A stretch of 64,000 bases of DNA from a candidate division FCPU426 bacterium (GTDB taxonomy: Bacteria; Oederibacteriota; Muellerivitia; Muellerivitales; Muellerivitaceae): contig CAVRAL010000001.1 in assembly GCA_963719085.1 (NCBI GenBank), positions 864,001-928,000 of the forward strand, given 5' to 3'. Under the pieces are notes generated by a model, which saw only the letters and a program-made list of their open reading frames with translations, ran no database searches and had not been told where the DNA came from. Below, in pieces: positions 19,277-28,920 of the stretch (position 1 is the stretch's first letter; the number at the start of each line of letters is the position of its first letter). Made by a program: the position numbers and the translations under genes.

Positions 19277-19748
19277 GGACCCTTACCTGTGTGTGATCCT
19301 CAACCCGGCTCAAGGCTTCCGAAGCCGTCAGGTTGAGGCCCGGAATCATCAAACCCGGCGCCAACTCAGCCAGCGGCACCAATACATGCCGCCTTTTCGA
19401 TAACCGCGGATGCGGAATCAAGGGATCCTTCTCCTTTTGGACGAGGCTTCCGTAAAGCAGCAAGTCCAAGTCCAGGGTGCGGGGCCCCTTCGGGATTTCC
19501 CTTTGGCGATGCCGCGCCGCTTCCAAGTATTGCGCCCATTCTAACAGAATTTCCGGGCGTTCCTCAGAAACAACCTCGGCGACTTGGTTCAAAAACCAGG
19601 GTTGATCCGTCATGTCCACGGGTTCGGTTTCATAAACAGCCGAAAAACGCGCCTGGTCAAACCGCGCGGCAAAAGCCTCCCGCGCCGCGGCCAGATGTCC
19701 GTCCCGGTCGCCGAGGTTGGATCCCAAGGACCAATAAACTAAAGGCAT
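19263..19748 (-). CDS. folK: 2-amino-4-hydroxy-6-hydroxymethyldihydropteridine diphosphokinase
   Basis: SLGSNLGD, YETEP, FLN, GPRTLDLDLL, IPHPR. Confidence 0.96.
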   Translation of the reverse strand: MPLVYWSLGSNLGDRDGHLAAAREAFAARFDQARFSAVYETEPVDMTDQPWFLNQVAEVVSEERPEILLEWAQYLEAARHRQREIPKGPRTLDLDLLLYGSLVQKEKDPLIPHPRLSKRRHVLVPLAELAPGLMIPGLNLTASEALSRVEDHTQVRVHAEP

Positions 19749-19778
19749 TATTGACAAGCCACAGCAACAATCCAACTA

Positions 19779-19942
19779 GCAATTATGCCCCGGGGCTCCA
19801 GATAGAAGTTTGGGAATCCCGGGACAATGCCGCTCTCCTTGACTCTGATTTGGAAGAGCGGCAAGAACGCTGATAAACGCCGATTGAGGAATAAATTCTT
19901 TCTTCCTACGACCCATCCATGTTCATCAGCCTTGATCATCGC
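19779..19942. repeat. REP-like element family A with nested two-hairpin insert in the left arm
   Basis: gcaattatg-[insert ~19788-19864]-gaacgctgataaacgccgat ... atccatgttcatcagccttgatcatcgc. Confidence 0.85.
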
Positions 19943-19955
19943 AAAATGCCTTTGC

Positions 19956-21122
19956 TTAACTTTTAAGTTTGGAAAGCCGTTGCAGGGCCTCTTCCAAACG
20001 GGCTTTGTCCACCGTGATCGTCATGCGGAAATAACCTTCGCCTTCCGAGCCGAATCCGTTGCCCGGCGTGGCCACGATGCCGGCCTCTTCCAATAGTTTC
20101 CCGCACCAGTCCGCCGAGGACATCTTTTGGGGAACCTTGATCCAAAAATAAAAAGCGGCTTCCGGAATTTGGAACTGCCAGCCCAGTTTTTTGAGTCCGG
20201 CCGCGAAAAGGTCGCGCCGTTCCTGGTAAATTTTCCGGATATTTTCCGTCACGGAATCCGGCGCTTCCAGGGCCGCGATGCCGGCGATTTGCACCGGGTT
20301 AAAAACACCCGAATCCAAGTTGCCTTTCACATCGGCCAAGGCCTTCAAAACCGATTGGTTCCCCACGGCGAAACCCACCCGCCAGCCGGTCATGTTGAAG
20401 GTTTTGGAGAGGGAGTGGAACTCCACGCCCACTTCCTTGGCGCCCGGGATTTCCAAAAAGCTCACCGGTTTTTTGCCGTCGTAATAAATTTCGGTATAGG
20501 CCGCGTCGTTGGCCACGATCAGGTTGTGTTTTTTGGCGAACTCGACCACCTTGACGTAAAAGTCCTTCCCCGCCAAAGCCGAGGTCGGATTGTTGGGCGA
20601 ATTGGTCCAGATGAGCTTCGCCCTTTTGAGGATGCCGGCCGGAATCGCGTCCAGGTCCGGCAGAAAATTATTCTTTTCCAGGAGCGGCATGAAATAGGAC
20701 TCCCCGCCCGCGAACAAAGTTCCAGCGTGATAAACCGGATAGCCGGGCGACGGCACCAGGCAAACATCGCCCGGATTCAAGACGCCCACGGGCAAGTGCC
20801 CAATTCCCTCTTTCGAGCCGATCAAGGCGACGACTTCATCCTTCGGGTCGATCGTCACATTAAACCGGCGTTTGTACCAGGCGGCGACGGCCTCCCGGAA
20901 CTTCGGCAAACCTGTGCCCAGCGGATATTGGTGGTTGGCTTTGTCCTTGGCTGCTTTATAGAGCGCCTCAATGATGAAATCCGGCGTCGCCAAGTCGGGG
21001 TCGCCGATTCCCAAGCTGATGATGTCCACGCCCTTTTCAATGGCGGCTTTTTTCTTTTTGTCGATCTCGATAAAAAGATAAGGCGGCAGTTTTTTAAGCC
21101 GATCAGCGGGGGCGAATTCCAT
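19956..21122 (-). CDS. dapL: LL-diaminopimelate aminotransferase
   Basis: RL..LPPYLF, SLGIGDPD, GSKEGI, PNNPT, SLSKTFNMTGWRVG (PLP Lys); lies in the dap cluster. Confidence 0.88.
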   Translation of the reverse strand: MEFAPADRLKKLPPYLFIEIDKKKKAAIEKGVDIISLGIGDPDLATPDFIIEALYKAAKDKANHQYPLGTGLPKFREAVAAWYKRRFNVTIDPKDEVVALIGSKEGIGHLPVGVLNPGDVCLVPSPGYPVYHAGTLFAGGESYFMPLLEKNNFLPDLDAIPAGILKRAKLIWTNSPNNPTSALAGKDFYVKVVEFAKKHNLIVANDAAYTEIYYDGKKPVSFLEIPGAKEVGVEFHSLSKTFNMTGWRVGFAVGNQSVLKALADVKGNLDSGVFNPVQIAGIAALEAPDSVTENIRKIYQERRDLFAAGLKKLGWQFQIPEAAFYFWIKVPQKMSSADWCGKLLEEAGIVATPGNGFGSEGEGYFRMTITVDKARLEEALQRLSKLKS

Positions 21123-21151
21123 GGTAGCTCCTTAGGCTTTAACATTTTTTT

Positions 21152-21229
21152 ACAATGATGAACGCTGATAAACGCGGATGAATCAACAGATTTTCATTTT
21201 TATCGGCGTCCATCAGCGTTCATCATTGT
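21152..21229. repeat. REP-like element family A (uninterrupted copy)
   Basis: acaatgatgaacgctgataaacgcggat / atcggcgtccatcagcgttcatcattgt inverted arms. Confidence 0.9.
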
Positions 21230-21247
21230 TAATTGCAGTTGCTTAAG

Positions 21248-22009
21248 TCACTCGACTATGTTGCGTAGTATTCCAATTCCCTCAATTTCAACCTCCACCG
21301 TATCCCCCGCGACCATGGGTCCAATGCCGGCGGGCGTGCCGGTGGTCAAAACATCCAAAGGTTCCAGCGTCATCACATGCGAGGCGAAAGACAAAAGCTC
21401 GGCCGTTTTCCAAATCCTCGAGGAAATTTTATCCTCTTGCTTCACCACGCCGTTCACCCGGCTGGTAATTTTTTGGCTGCCCTCGATAAAATCCGTCACC
21501 AGCCACGGCCCCAAGGGGCAGAAACTATCAAAACCTTTGGCCCGGGTCCATTGTCCGTCCACCTTCTGTAAATCACGGGCGGTGACATCATTACAACAGG
21601 TAAATCCCCAAATCGCTTCCAGGGCCTGCTGGGGCTTGGCCTTGGTCAATTTCGACTTCAGCACCACGGCCAACTCCGCCTCATAATCCACGCGTTTGGA
21701 AGAGGGAGGATACAGGATTTTCCCGTCCGGATTCAATAAGGACGAGGACGGCTTGAGGAAAAGTACCGGCTCCGCGTGGTCATCGTGCTTCATTTCTTTG
21801 ACATGATCCCGGTAATTCAACCCAACCGCCACGATTTTGGTCGGGATGGCGGGGGCTAACAGTTTGTCGGATTTCAAGGGAAAGGACTTCGAGTCCAGCG
21901 TGGCGTCGTTCCAAGGCTCATCGGACATAAAACAACGGTAGGTGTCCACCGAGTCCAAAAGCATGACCCAGCGGGGTTTTTGATTATGAAGAAGCCTAGC
22001 GATTCTCAA
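21248..22009 (-). CDS. Fumarylacetoacetate hydrolase family protein
   Basis: KIVAVGLNY, FLKP, DYEAELAV, NDVTARD, KGFD, TGTP; start moved to a TTG outside the repeat. Confidence 0.92.
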   Translation of the reverse strand: MRIARLLHNQKPRWVMLLDSVDTYRCFMSDEPWNDATLDSKSFPLKSDKLLAPAIPTKIVAVGLNYRDHVKEMKHDDHAEPVLFLKPSSSLLNPDGKILYPPSSKRVDYEAELAVVLKSKLTKAKPQQALEAIWGFTCCNDVTARDLQKVDGQWTRAKGFDSFCPLGPWLVTDFIEGSQKITSRVNGVVKQEDKISSRIWKTAELLSFASHVMTLEPLDVLTTGTPAGIGPMVAGDTVEVEIEGIGILRNIVE

Positions 22010-22026
22010 GGAAAAACCCGGAATCA

Positions 22027-22110
22027 ACCACCAAGGCGCCAAGACACAAAGGAATAATTTTTCAGTTCAAACATCATTCGCCTTCCTTGGAGTCTTAGTG
22101 CCTTGGTGGT
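22027..22110. repeat. REP-like element family B
   Basis: accaccaaggcgccaagacacaaagg / ccttggagtcttagtgccttggtggt. Confidence 0.88.
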
Positions 22111-22118
22111 GAGCTGTC

Positions 22119-22943
22119 TTAGTGTGAGGTTTGCCGTAATCCAAGAACATCTTGCATGTCATAAAAACCTTTTTTCTTGTCCGAAAGGAAATAAGCCGCC
22201 GTCAAGGCGCCGATCGCGAAAGATTCCCGGCTTTGGGCCCGGTGGGTCAGCTCCAGCCGCTCTCCCGTGCCGGCCAAAAGCACGGTGTGGTCGCCCACGA
22301 TATCGCCGCCGCGCACGGCGTGAAACCCAATCGTCCCGGCCTTGCGTTCGCCCACTTGGCCTTCCCGGCCGTGGGTGGAAACCTCTTTTAACTTCACTTT
22401 CCAAGCCCGGGCCACCGACTCGCCCAAACTTAAAGCCGAGCCCGAGGGGGCGTCTTTTTTGAAATGATGATGGGCCTCAATGATTTCGGCGTCATAACCC
22501 TGTCCTAACTTGGCGGCGGCTTCCTCGACGAGGGCGAAAAGCAAGTTCATTCCCAAGCTCATATTGGTGGCCATCACGACGGGGACTTTTTCGGCGGTCT
22601 GGTGGACCTTGGCCTTCTCGGCGTCGGATAAGCCCGTCGTGCCGACCACCATTCCAAAACCGAGGGCAAGGGCTTTGTCCAAATAACCGGTCGTGGCGGT
22701 GGGATGGGTGAAATCAACGAGAACTTGCGGTTGGATCTTAAATTTCGCGGGATCGGATTCCAAGGTCGCTGGAAGGCTGGGGCCCAGGGAAGGCAAAACT
22801 TCCGAAAGCCGTTTTCCCAAACCGGCGTGGCTCGGGCTTTCCAAGCCGCCCACGATCTCAAATCGGGAATCTTTGGAGGCTAATTCTAAAAGGGTGTGTC
22901 CCATCCGGCCGGTGGCGCCGGAAATCGCCAATCGAAGGGCCAT
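22119..22943 (-). CDS. dapB: 4-hydroxy-tetrahydrodipicolinate reductase
   Basis: GATGRMG, DFT, VGTTG, EAHH..KKDAPSG, RGGDIVGDH. Confidence 0.97.
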   Translation of the reverse strand: MALRLAISGATGRMGHTLLELASKDSRFEIVGGLESPSHAGLGKRLSEVLPSLGPSLPATLESDPAKFKIQPQVLVDFTHPTATTGYLDKALALGFGMVVGTTGLSDAEKAKVHQTAEKVPVVMATNMSLGMNLLFALVEEAAAKLGQGYDAEIIEAHHHFKKDAPSGSALSLGESVARAWKVKLKEVSTHGREGQVGERKAGTIGFHAVRGGDIVGDHTVLLAGTGERLELTHRAQSRESFAIGALTAAYFLSDKKKGFYDMQDVLGLRQTSH

Positions 22944-23836
22944 TAACGGCGTCCAGCGGTGGTCAAAAGCCCGAATTTTTCCAAAGCCAAACGGATGCTT
23001 TCTTTGGCTTCCGCGGAAGCCGGCACCAACGGCAAACGGAATTCCTCGGCGATTTCGCCCCGGAGGGCCAAAGCGGTTTTGATTCCCACCGGATTCACTT
23101 CGGCGCTCATGATGGTTTTCACCAACTCAAAAGACTTAAAGAATATCTCGCGGGCTTCTTCCGCTTTTCCATCCAGGTAGCTATGGACCATGCGGGAAGT
23201 CTCGCCGGGCAGCAAATGCGAAGTCACCGAAATAACCGCCGTTCCCCCGATGGATAAAATCGGCAGGGTCAGCGTGTCGTCGCCCGAGATGAGGGCGAAG
23301 TCCGGATCGCAGATGGATTTAATTTTGATCATTTGTTCCAGGTTGCCGCTGGCTTCTTTGACGCCCATGATGAATCGGTTCTTGGAAAGCTCGGCGATGG
23401 TTTCGGGGTTCATATTGATGCCGGTGCGTCCTGGGATGTTATAAAGCAGCATGGGCATGGCGGCCGCCTCGGCGATCGCGGTGAAATGCGCGACCAAACC
23501 TTTTTGACTGGGTTTGTTGTAATAGGGACAGGCCAACAAAGCCGCGTCCGCGCCGACTTCTTTGGCGTGTTTCGTGTAGCGGATGGCTTCCTCGGTGGAA
23601 TTGGAGCCCGTGCCGGCGATGACCGTCACCCTTTTGTTGACGGTTTTCACCGTGAAGGTAATGACATCATCATGCTCTTTTTCGCTGAGGGTGGGCGATT
23701 CGCCCGTGGTGCCGCAAGGCACCAGACCGTCGATTCCCCGGGTGATCTGGGACTCGATCAAATTCGCCAAGGCGGGATAATCCACCTGGCCGTTTTTAAA
23801 TGGGGTCACAAGGGCCGTATAAGCGCCGCGGAACAT
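22943..23836 (-). CDS. dapA: 4-hydroxy-tetrahydrodipicolinate synthase
   Basis: GTTGES, PYYNKP, LYNIPGRTG, GVKEASG. Confidence 0.97.
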   Translation of the reverse strand: MFRGAYTALVTPFKNGQVDYPALANLIESQITRGIDGLVPCGTTGESPTLSEKEHDDVITFTVKTVNKRVTVIAGTGSNSTEEAIRYTKHAKEVGADAALLACPYYNKPSQKGLVAHFTAIAEAAAMPMLLYNIPGRTGINMNPETIAELSKNRFIMGVKEASGNLEQMIKIKSICDPDFALISGDDTLTLPILSIGGTAVISVTSHLLPGETSRMVHSYLDGKAEEAREIFFKSFELVKTIMSAEVNPVGIKTALALRGEIAEEFRLPLVPASAEAKESIRLALEKFGLLTTAGRR

Positions 23837-23970
23837 TTTTCCTCCAAAATTTACGTCAGTTGAACAGTAAGAAAGCGGCCCGAGGGCTTCAATGACGTGA
23901 AGTTATATTAGGAAATTTTCCCGCCCATCGCAAGTAAACTTTGGGCTACGGATTTTAGGGGCGCGGACCT

Positions 23971-25218
23971 TTAGGTCCAGATTTTTTCCAGTCGCACCAA
24001 ATCCGCGACCGATTGGCGGCGGCGGGCGATCGCGAAGCGTTTGCCCCGGACCACGACTTCGGGCGCCAAGGGCCGGGAGTTGTAGGTGCTCCCCATCACG
24101 CTGGCGTAGGCGCCGGCGGAGAAAACGGCCAGCAAATCGCCTCTTTTGACTTGGGGCAAGAGACGGCCCTTCGCGAGAAAATCCCCGGATTCGCAAATGG
24201 GACCCACCACATCCACCTTCACCGAACCTTTTTGCGGACCCTCGACCGGCGCGATCCCGTGGTAGGCGTCATAGAGGACGGGCCGGATCAAGTCGCCCAT
24301 TCCGGCGTCCACAATGTAAAAAGTTTTTTTGCCGCTCTTTTTGACGTAGGTGACCCGGGTTAAGATCACGCCCGAATTGCCCGAGATGAACCGGCCCAGT
24401 TCCAGAATGAGACCCGCGTTCAGCCTTTTAATTACCGGCAGGACCAAGGACGCGTATTGGGAAGCCTTGGGCGCCTTTTCACCTTGATAGTTGATCCCGT
24501 AACCTCCGCCCAGATTCACGTCGTAAATGGGGAAACCCTCATGCCGGAGCTTTAAGACGATTTGCTCGATCACCCGGGCGGACTTACCCAAAGGCGCCGT
24601 TTGGGTCATTTGACTGCCGATATGGGCGTGGACGCCCGTCCAGCGCACCGACTTGGAGCGGCGCACGGTGTCCATGACTTGGTCCAAATCACCGAGGAAT
24701 ATCCCGAATTTATTTTCTTTTTTGCCCGTGGAAATGTAGTGGTGGGTCAGCGCGTCCACGTTGGGATTGAAGCGGATGGCGATGGGCGCGATTTTTCTCA
24801 TCTTCGCGGCGACCTCATTGATCGCCGTAATTTCAGGGACCGATTCCACGTTGAAATAACGGATCCCCTCTTTCAGCGCGTAGGCGATTTCATCGTCCGT
24901 CTTCCCCACGCCGGCATAGATGATTTTGTTCGCCGGGACGCCGGCTTTGCGGGCCTTGAACAACTCCCCGCCCGAAACCACGTCCGCTCCCGAACCCAGT
25001 TTCGCCAAGGCGCTGATGACCGAAAGGTTGTCGTTGGTTTTGATGGAATAGGCGACCAAATGCGGCACCGATTTGTAGGCTTGATCCACTTCAGTAAACC
25101 GGTCCTCAAAGGCGTTCAGGCTATAGACATAGGCAGGCGTCCCCGCCGTTTCGGCGATCTTGGAAAGTGGAACTCCGTCCACAAACCATTTTTTGTTTTT
25201 GAAATGAAATCCACGCAT
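23971..25218 (-). CDS. lysA: Diaminopimelate decarboxylase
   Basis: YSIKTN (PLP Lys), DVVSGGEL, HAHIGSQ, GPICESGD, GAY. Confidence 0.96.
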   Translation of the reverse strand: MRGFHFKNKKWFVDGVPLSKIAETAGTPAYVYSLNAFEDRFTEVDQAYKSVPHLVAYSIKTNDNLSVISALAKLGSGADVVSGGELFKARKAGVPANKIIYAGVGKTDDEIAYALKEGIRYFNVESVPEITAINEVAAKMRKIAPIAIRFNPNVDALTHHYISTGKKENKFGIFLGDLDQVMDTVRRSKSVRWTGVHAHIGSQMTQTAPLGKSARVIEQIVLKLRHEGFPIYDVNLGGGYGINYQGEKAPKASQYASLVLPVIKRLNAGLILELGRFISGNSGVILTRVTYVKKSGKKTFYIVDAGMGDLIRPVLYDAYHGIAPVEGPQKGSVKVDVVGPICESGDFLAKGRLLPQVKRGDLLAVFSAGAYASVMGSTYNSRPLAPEVVVRGKRFAIARRRQSVADLVRLEKIWT

Positions 25219-25254
25219 GCCAAATCCTTTTATTTGAAGATTTAAAACCTATTT

Positions 25255-25362
25255 ACCGCCAAGACGCCAAGTTCGCCAAGGAAAAAAAGATAAAGCCCCA
25301 GTTGAGTTACTACAGATACCTCGGATTTAGCTTTTCGGGGCGCCCTCGGTGAACTTGGTGGT
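25255..25362. repeat. REP-like element family B (degenerate)
   Basis: accgccaagacgccaagttcgccaagg ... cctcggtgaacttggtggt. Confidence 0.75.
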
Positions 25363-25376
25363 TCAACTTGTTTTGT

Positions 25377-26780
25377 CTATATTCTCGAGAGTCGTTTCTT
25401 CACCTGCAGGCTTAGTTTGCCCAAGCTTTTAGCCTGCGAGGCCACGTTCAAGGGCGAGGTTCCACCAATGGCCTTTTTTTGCGCCACCGAATTCCGCACC
25501 GTCAGTTTTTCTTTGGTTCCGGCCGGGAATTTAGACGAGAACTTTCGCAGCTCCCCATCGGTTAAATCCCGCAAGCCCTTCCTTTGTTCGAGGCAATATT
25601 GAACTATCTGGCCCACGATTTCATGGGTCTGCCGGAAAGGAACGCCTTGTTTGACCAAAAGATCGGCCAAGTCGGTGGCCAAAAGCCCAAAATCGCTCTC
25701 GGCGGCGGACAACATTTCGCCCCGGTTGAATTTTACTTTTCCGAGGAACGCGGCCATCAGGGCCATCGAAGACGAAACCGTATCGGCCGAATCAAAAACG
25801 AAATGTTTGTCTTCCTGCAGGTCCCGGTTATAGGCCAGGGGTAAGCCCTTCAAGACGGTCAGAAGTCCCAAAAGATTGGCGAAAACCCGGCCGGATTTCC
25901 CCCGGATCAGTTCCACCACATCGGGGTTCTTTTTTTGCGGCATCAAGCTGGAGCCGGTGGCGAAAGCGTCGTCCATTTGAAGGTAATTAAATTCCGCGCT
26001 GGCCCAAAGGATTAAATCCTCGGACAAACGGGAAAGATGCATTTGAGCTACCGCGGCGGCGGACAAAAAGTCGACGAACACGTCCCGATCCGAGACCGCG
26101 TCCAGGCTGTTGGGCAAAATACTTTTAAGATTTAAATACTTGGCGGTTTTCGCCCGGTTGAAGGCGTGATTCGTGCCGGCCAAAGCCCCGGAACCCAAAG
26201 GCAGGGCGTCCGCCCTATCCCAAGCGGCGAGGAACCGGTCCATATCGCGGGCGATCATAAAACCGTAAGCGGCCAAATGATGGCCCAGGGTCACCGGCAT
26301 GGCCCGTTGCAGGTGCGTATAGCCGGGCATGATTGAGTCTTTTTCCTGCAAGGCCAATTGGGAAAGCACTTGAATGAGGGACAGCCCCGCTTGTACGGCT
26401 TCTTTCGTGGCCTGCCTCAGATAAAGCCGAAGATCGGTGGCCACTTGGTCGTTGCGCGACCTTCCGGTATGGAGCTTGCCGCCGACGGGCCCCACGATTT
26501 GGGTCAGGGCTTTTTCAATGGCGGTATGGATGTCTTCCAGGCTTTTATCCAACGGCAATTTTCCCGCCTTCAAAAGTTTCCCAACTTTCAGCAGGCCGGA
26601 CAAAAGCGTTTTTCCCTCGGCGGGAGTTAAAAGTTTGGCGTCCATCAGGGTGCGGACATGGGCCCGGCTTCCCTCGATGTCGAAAGGCCCTAACCGGTAG
26701 TCAAAAGAGATTGACTCGGTAAACGCCTCGACCCGAGGGTCGGTGGGTTTTTTAAATCTTCCGCTCCAGGTTTTTTTCAT
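25377..26780 (-). CDS. argH: Argininosuccinate lyase
   Basis: [34 protein letters not shown]. Confidence 0.98.
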   Translation of the reverse strand: MKKTWSGRFKKPTDPRVEAFTESISFDYRLGPFDIEGSRAHVRTLMDAKLLTPAEGKTLLSGLLKVGKLLKAGKLPLDKSLEDIHTAIEKALTQIVGPVGGKLHTGRSRNDQVATDLRLYLRQATKEAVQAGLSLIQVLSQLALQEKDSIMPGYTHLQRAMPVTLGHHLAAYGFMIARDMDRFLAAWDRADALPLGSGALAGTNHAFNRAKTAKYLNLKSILPNSLDAVSDRDVFVDFLSAAAVAQMHLSRLSEDLILWASAEFNYLQMDDAFATGSSLMPQKKNPDVVELIRGKSGRVFANLLGLLTVLKGLPLAYNRDLQEDKHFVFDSADTVSSSMALMAAFLGKVKFNRGEMLSAAESDFGLLATDLADLLVKQGVPFRQTHEIVGQIVQYCLEQRKGLRDLTDGELRKFSSKFPAGTKEKLTVRNSVAQKKAIGGTSPLNVASQAKSLGKLSLQVKKRLSRI

Positions 26781-27985
26781 TTCGTTTTCCTTTTAACGGC
26801 CCCAACCACTTTGAGAGGCAGACCAAAAAGCCGGATAAAACCTTCCGCGTCTTTTTGGTTATAAACCTCATCCTCGCCAAAAGTCGCCAAGTCCTGCTGA
26901 TAAAGCGAATAAGGCGACTTCACGCCGGTGGCGGTGACCCGGCCCGGATTGAGCTCCACCCGGACATCGCCGGAAACGTTCTTTTGCATCTCGTTAAAAA
27001 AGGCTTCCAGGCTGTCCCGCAAGGGCGAAAACCATTGGCCGAAATAAATCAGCTCGGCGTATTTCACCGACAAAAGCTGGCTGTAATGCAGCGTGTCCCG
27101 CTCCACCGTCAAGGTTTGCAAAGCCCGGTGCGCCTCATAAAGAATCGTGGCCCCCGGCGATTCATAAACTCCCCGGCTCTTCATGCCCACCAGCCGGTTT
27201 TCCACCATATCCACCCGGCCCACGCCGTAAGCGGCGCCCAGTTGATTCAATTTTTCCAAAAGCGCGACGCTGGAAAGTTTTTTGCCGTTCAATGAAACCG
27301 GGAACCCGTGCTTAAATCCGACTTCAATATTCAACGGCTTCTTGGGCGCTTGGGCCGGATCCTTGGTAATTAAAAAAACATGCTTGGAGGGTGCGTTCCA
27401 GGGATCTTCCAATTCCCCGCCTTCATGGCTCAAATGCCACAAGTTACCGTCCATGGAATAGGGTCTTTTTTTGGTGACCGGAATCTCGATGCCCCGTTTT
27501 TGGGCGTAATCGATCGCGTCTTCCCGGGACCGGATATCCCATTCCCGCCAAGGCGCGATGATCTTCAAATGCGGCGCCAAAGCCATGGCGGTCAACTCAA
27601 ACCGGACCTGGTCATTGCCTTTGCCGGTCGCGCCATGGGCCACGGCGTCCGCGCCTTCTTTTAGGGCGACCTCGACCATTCCCTTGGCGATGACCGGCCG
27701 GGCCAAGGAAGTGCCCAGCAAATAAATCCCCTCGTATTTCGCCTGGGCCCGGAGCGCCGGGAAACAGTACTCGTCCACGAATTCTTTTTTCAGGTCTTGG
27801 ATCACGGCTTTCACCGCGCCGGTCTTCAACGCCTTTTTGTAAGCCGCCTTGGCTTCCCCGCCCTGGCCGACATCGGCGATGTAGGCGATGACTTCGCAGC
27901 CATAGTTCTCTTTAAGCCAAGAGATGATGATGGAAGTGTCTAATCCCCCCGAGTAGGCAAGGACTACTTTCTTGATTTTTTTCAT
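26777..27985 (-). CDS. argG: Argininosuccinate synthase
   Basis: [33 protein letters not shown]. Confidence 0.98.
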   Translation of the reverse strand: MKKIKKVVLAYSGGLDTSIIISWLKENYGCEVIAYIADVGQGGEAKAAYKKALKTGAVKAVIQDLKKEFVDEYCFPALRAQAKYEGIYLLGTSLARPVIAKGMVEVALKEGADAVAHGATGKGNDQVRFELTAMALAPHLKIIAPWREWDIRSREDAIDYAQKRGIEIPVTKKRPYSMDGNLWHLSHEGGELEDPWNAPSKHVFLITKDPAQAPKKPLNIEVGFKHGFPVSLNGKKLSSVALLEKLNQLGAAYGVGRVDMVENRLVGMKSRGVYESPGATILYEAHRALQTLTVERDTLHYSQLLSVKYAELIYFGQWFSPLRDSLEAFFNEMQKNVSGDVRVELNPGRVTATGVKSPYSLYQQDLATFGEDEVYNQKDAEGFIRLFGLPLKVVGAVKRKTK

Positions 27986-28911
27986 TTTGTGTCTCCCATA
28001 AGTTCAACGAGTAAGGCCTTTTGCGCGTGAAGCCGGTTTTCCGCCTGGTCAAAAACCACGGATTTGGGTCCGTCCATGACACCCGCCGAGACTTCCTGTC
28101 CCCGGTAAGCCGGCAGGCAATGCATAAAGAGGGCTTTCGGCGACTCCGCCATTAATTTTTCATTCACTTGGTATCCGGCGAAATCCTTCAAGCGCTTGGC
28201 TTGCTCGGCTTCCTGGCCCATGCTGGTCCAAACATCGGTGTAAACCACGTCGGCTCCCTTGACCGAACCCGGAACCGAGTGGACAATTTCCAAACGGCTT
28301 TTGGTTTTCGCCGCTTCTTTTTGGGCCGCTGAAAGAACGGAAGTCGCCGGCCGGTAATCTTTCGGGCACACGATTTTAAGGTTCATGCCGGTCTTGGCCG
28401 CGCCAATCAGCAGGCTGTGGGCCACGTTATTGCCGTCGCCCACGTAAACCATCTGGACGCCCTTGAAACCGCCGAGTTTTTCTTTCACCGTCAAAAGATC
28501 GGCCAAGGCCTGGCAGGGATGGTGAAGATCGCTGAGTCCGTTGATGACCGGCACTGACGCGAACTCGGCCAATTCCTCGACCGTTTGATGGGCGTAAGTC
28601 CGCGCCATGATGCCTTGCGTCATCCGGGACAAAACCCGGGCCGTATCCGCGACCGTCTCGCCTTTTCCCAATTGAATGTCTTGCTTGCCCAAAAACAAAG
28701 CCTGGCCGCCGAGCTGGGCCATGCCCACCTCAAACGAAACCCGGGTCCGGGTGGAAGTTTTCTCAAACAACATGGCCAGGGCCTGGCCCTTGAGCGCCTT
28801 GCGGACTTTGGCCGGTTTATTTTTTATTTTTTCAGCCGACTTTAAAAGGTCGAGCAGTTCGGAATTGGAAAATTCCAATAAGGTCAGAAGGTCCCGTTTC
28901 GAGGAGGGCAT
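27982..28911 (-). CDS. argF: Ornithine carbamoyltransferase
   Basis: STRTR, HPCQ, DVWTSMG, HCLP. Confidence 0.98.
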   Translation of the reverse strand: MPSSKRDLLTLLEFSNSELLDLLKSAEKIKNKPAKVRKALKGQALAMLFEKTSTRTRVSFEVGMAQLGGQALFLGKQDIQLGKGETVADTARVLSRMTQGIMARTYAHQTVEELAEFASVPVINGLSDLHHPCQALADLLTVKEKLGGFKGVQMVYVGDGNNVAHSLLIGAAKTGMNLKIVCPKDYRPATSVLSAAQKEAAKTKSRLEIVHSVPGSVKGADVVYTDVWTSMGQEAEQAKRLKDFAGYQVNEKLMAESPKALFMHCLPAYRGQEVSAGVMDGPKSVVFDQAENRLHAQKALLVELMGDTK

Positions 28912-28920
28912 GTTTTTTTC

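Noticed and set aside
23837..23970. Lysine riboswitch between lysA and dapA
   Set aside because: Too short and lacks recognisable L-box conserved elements.
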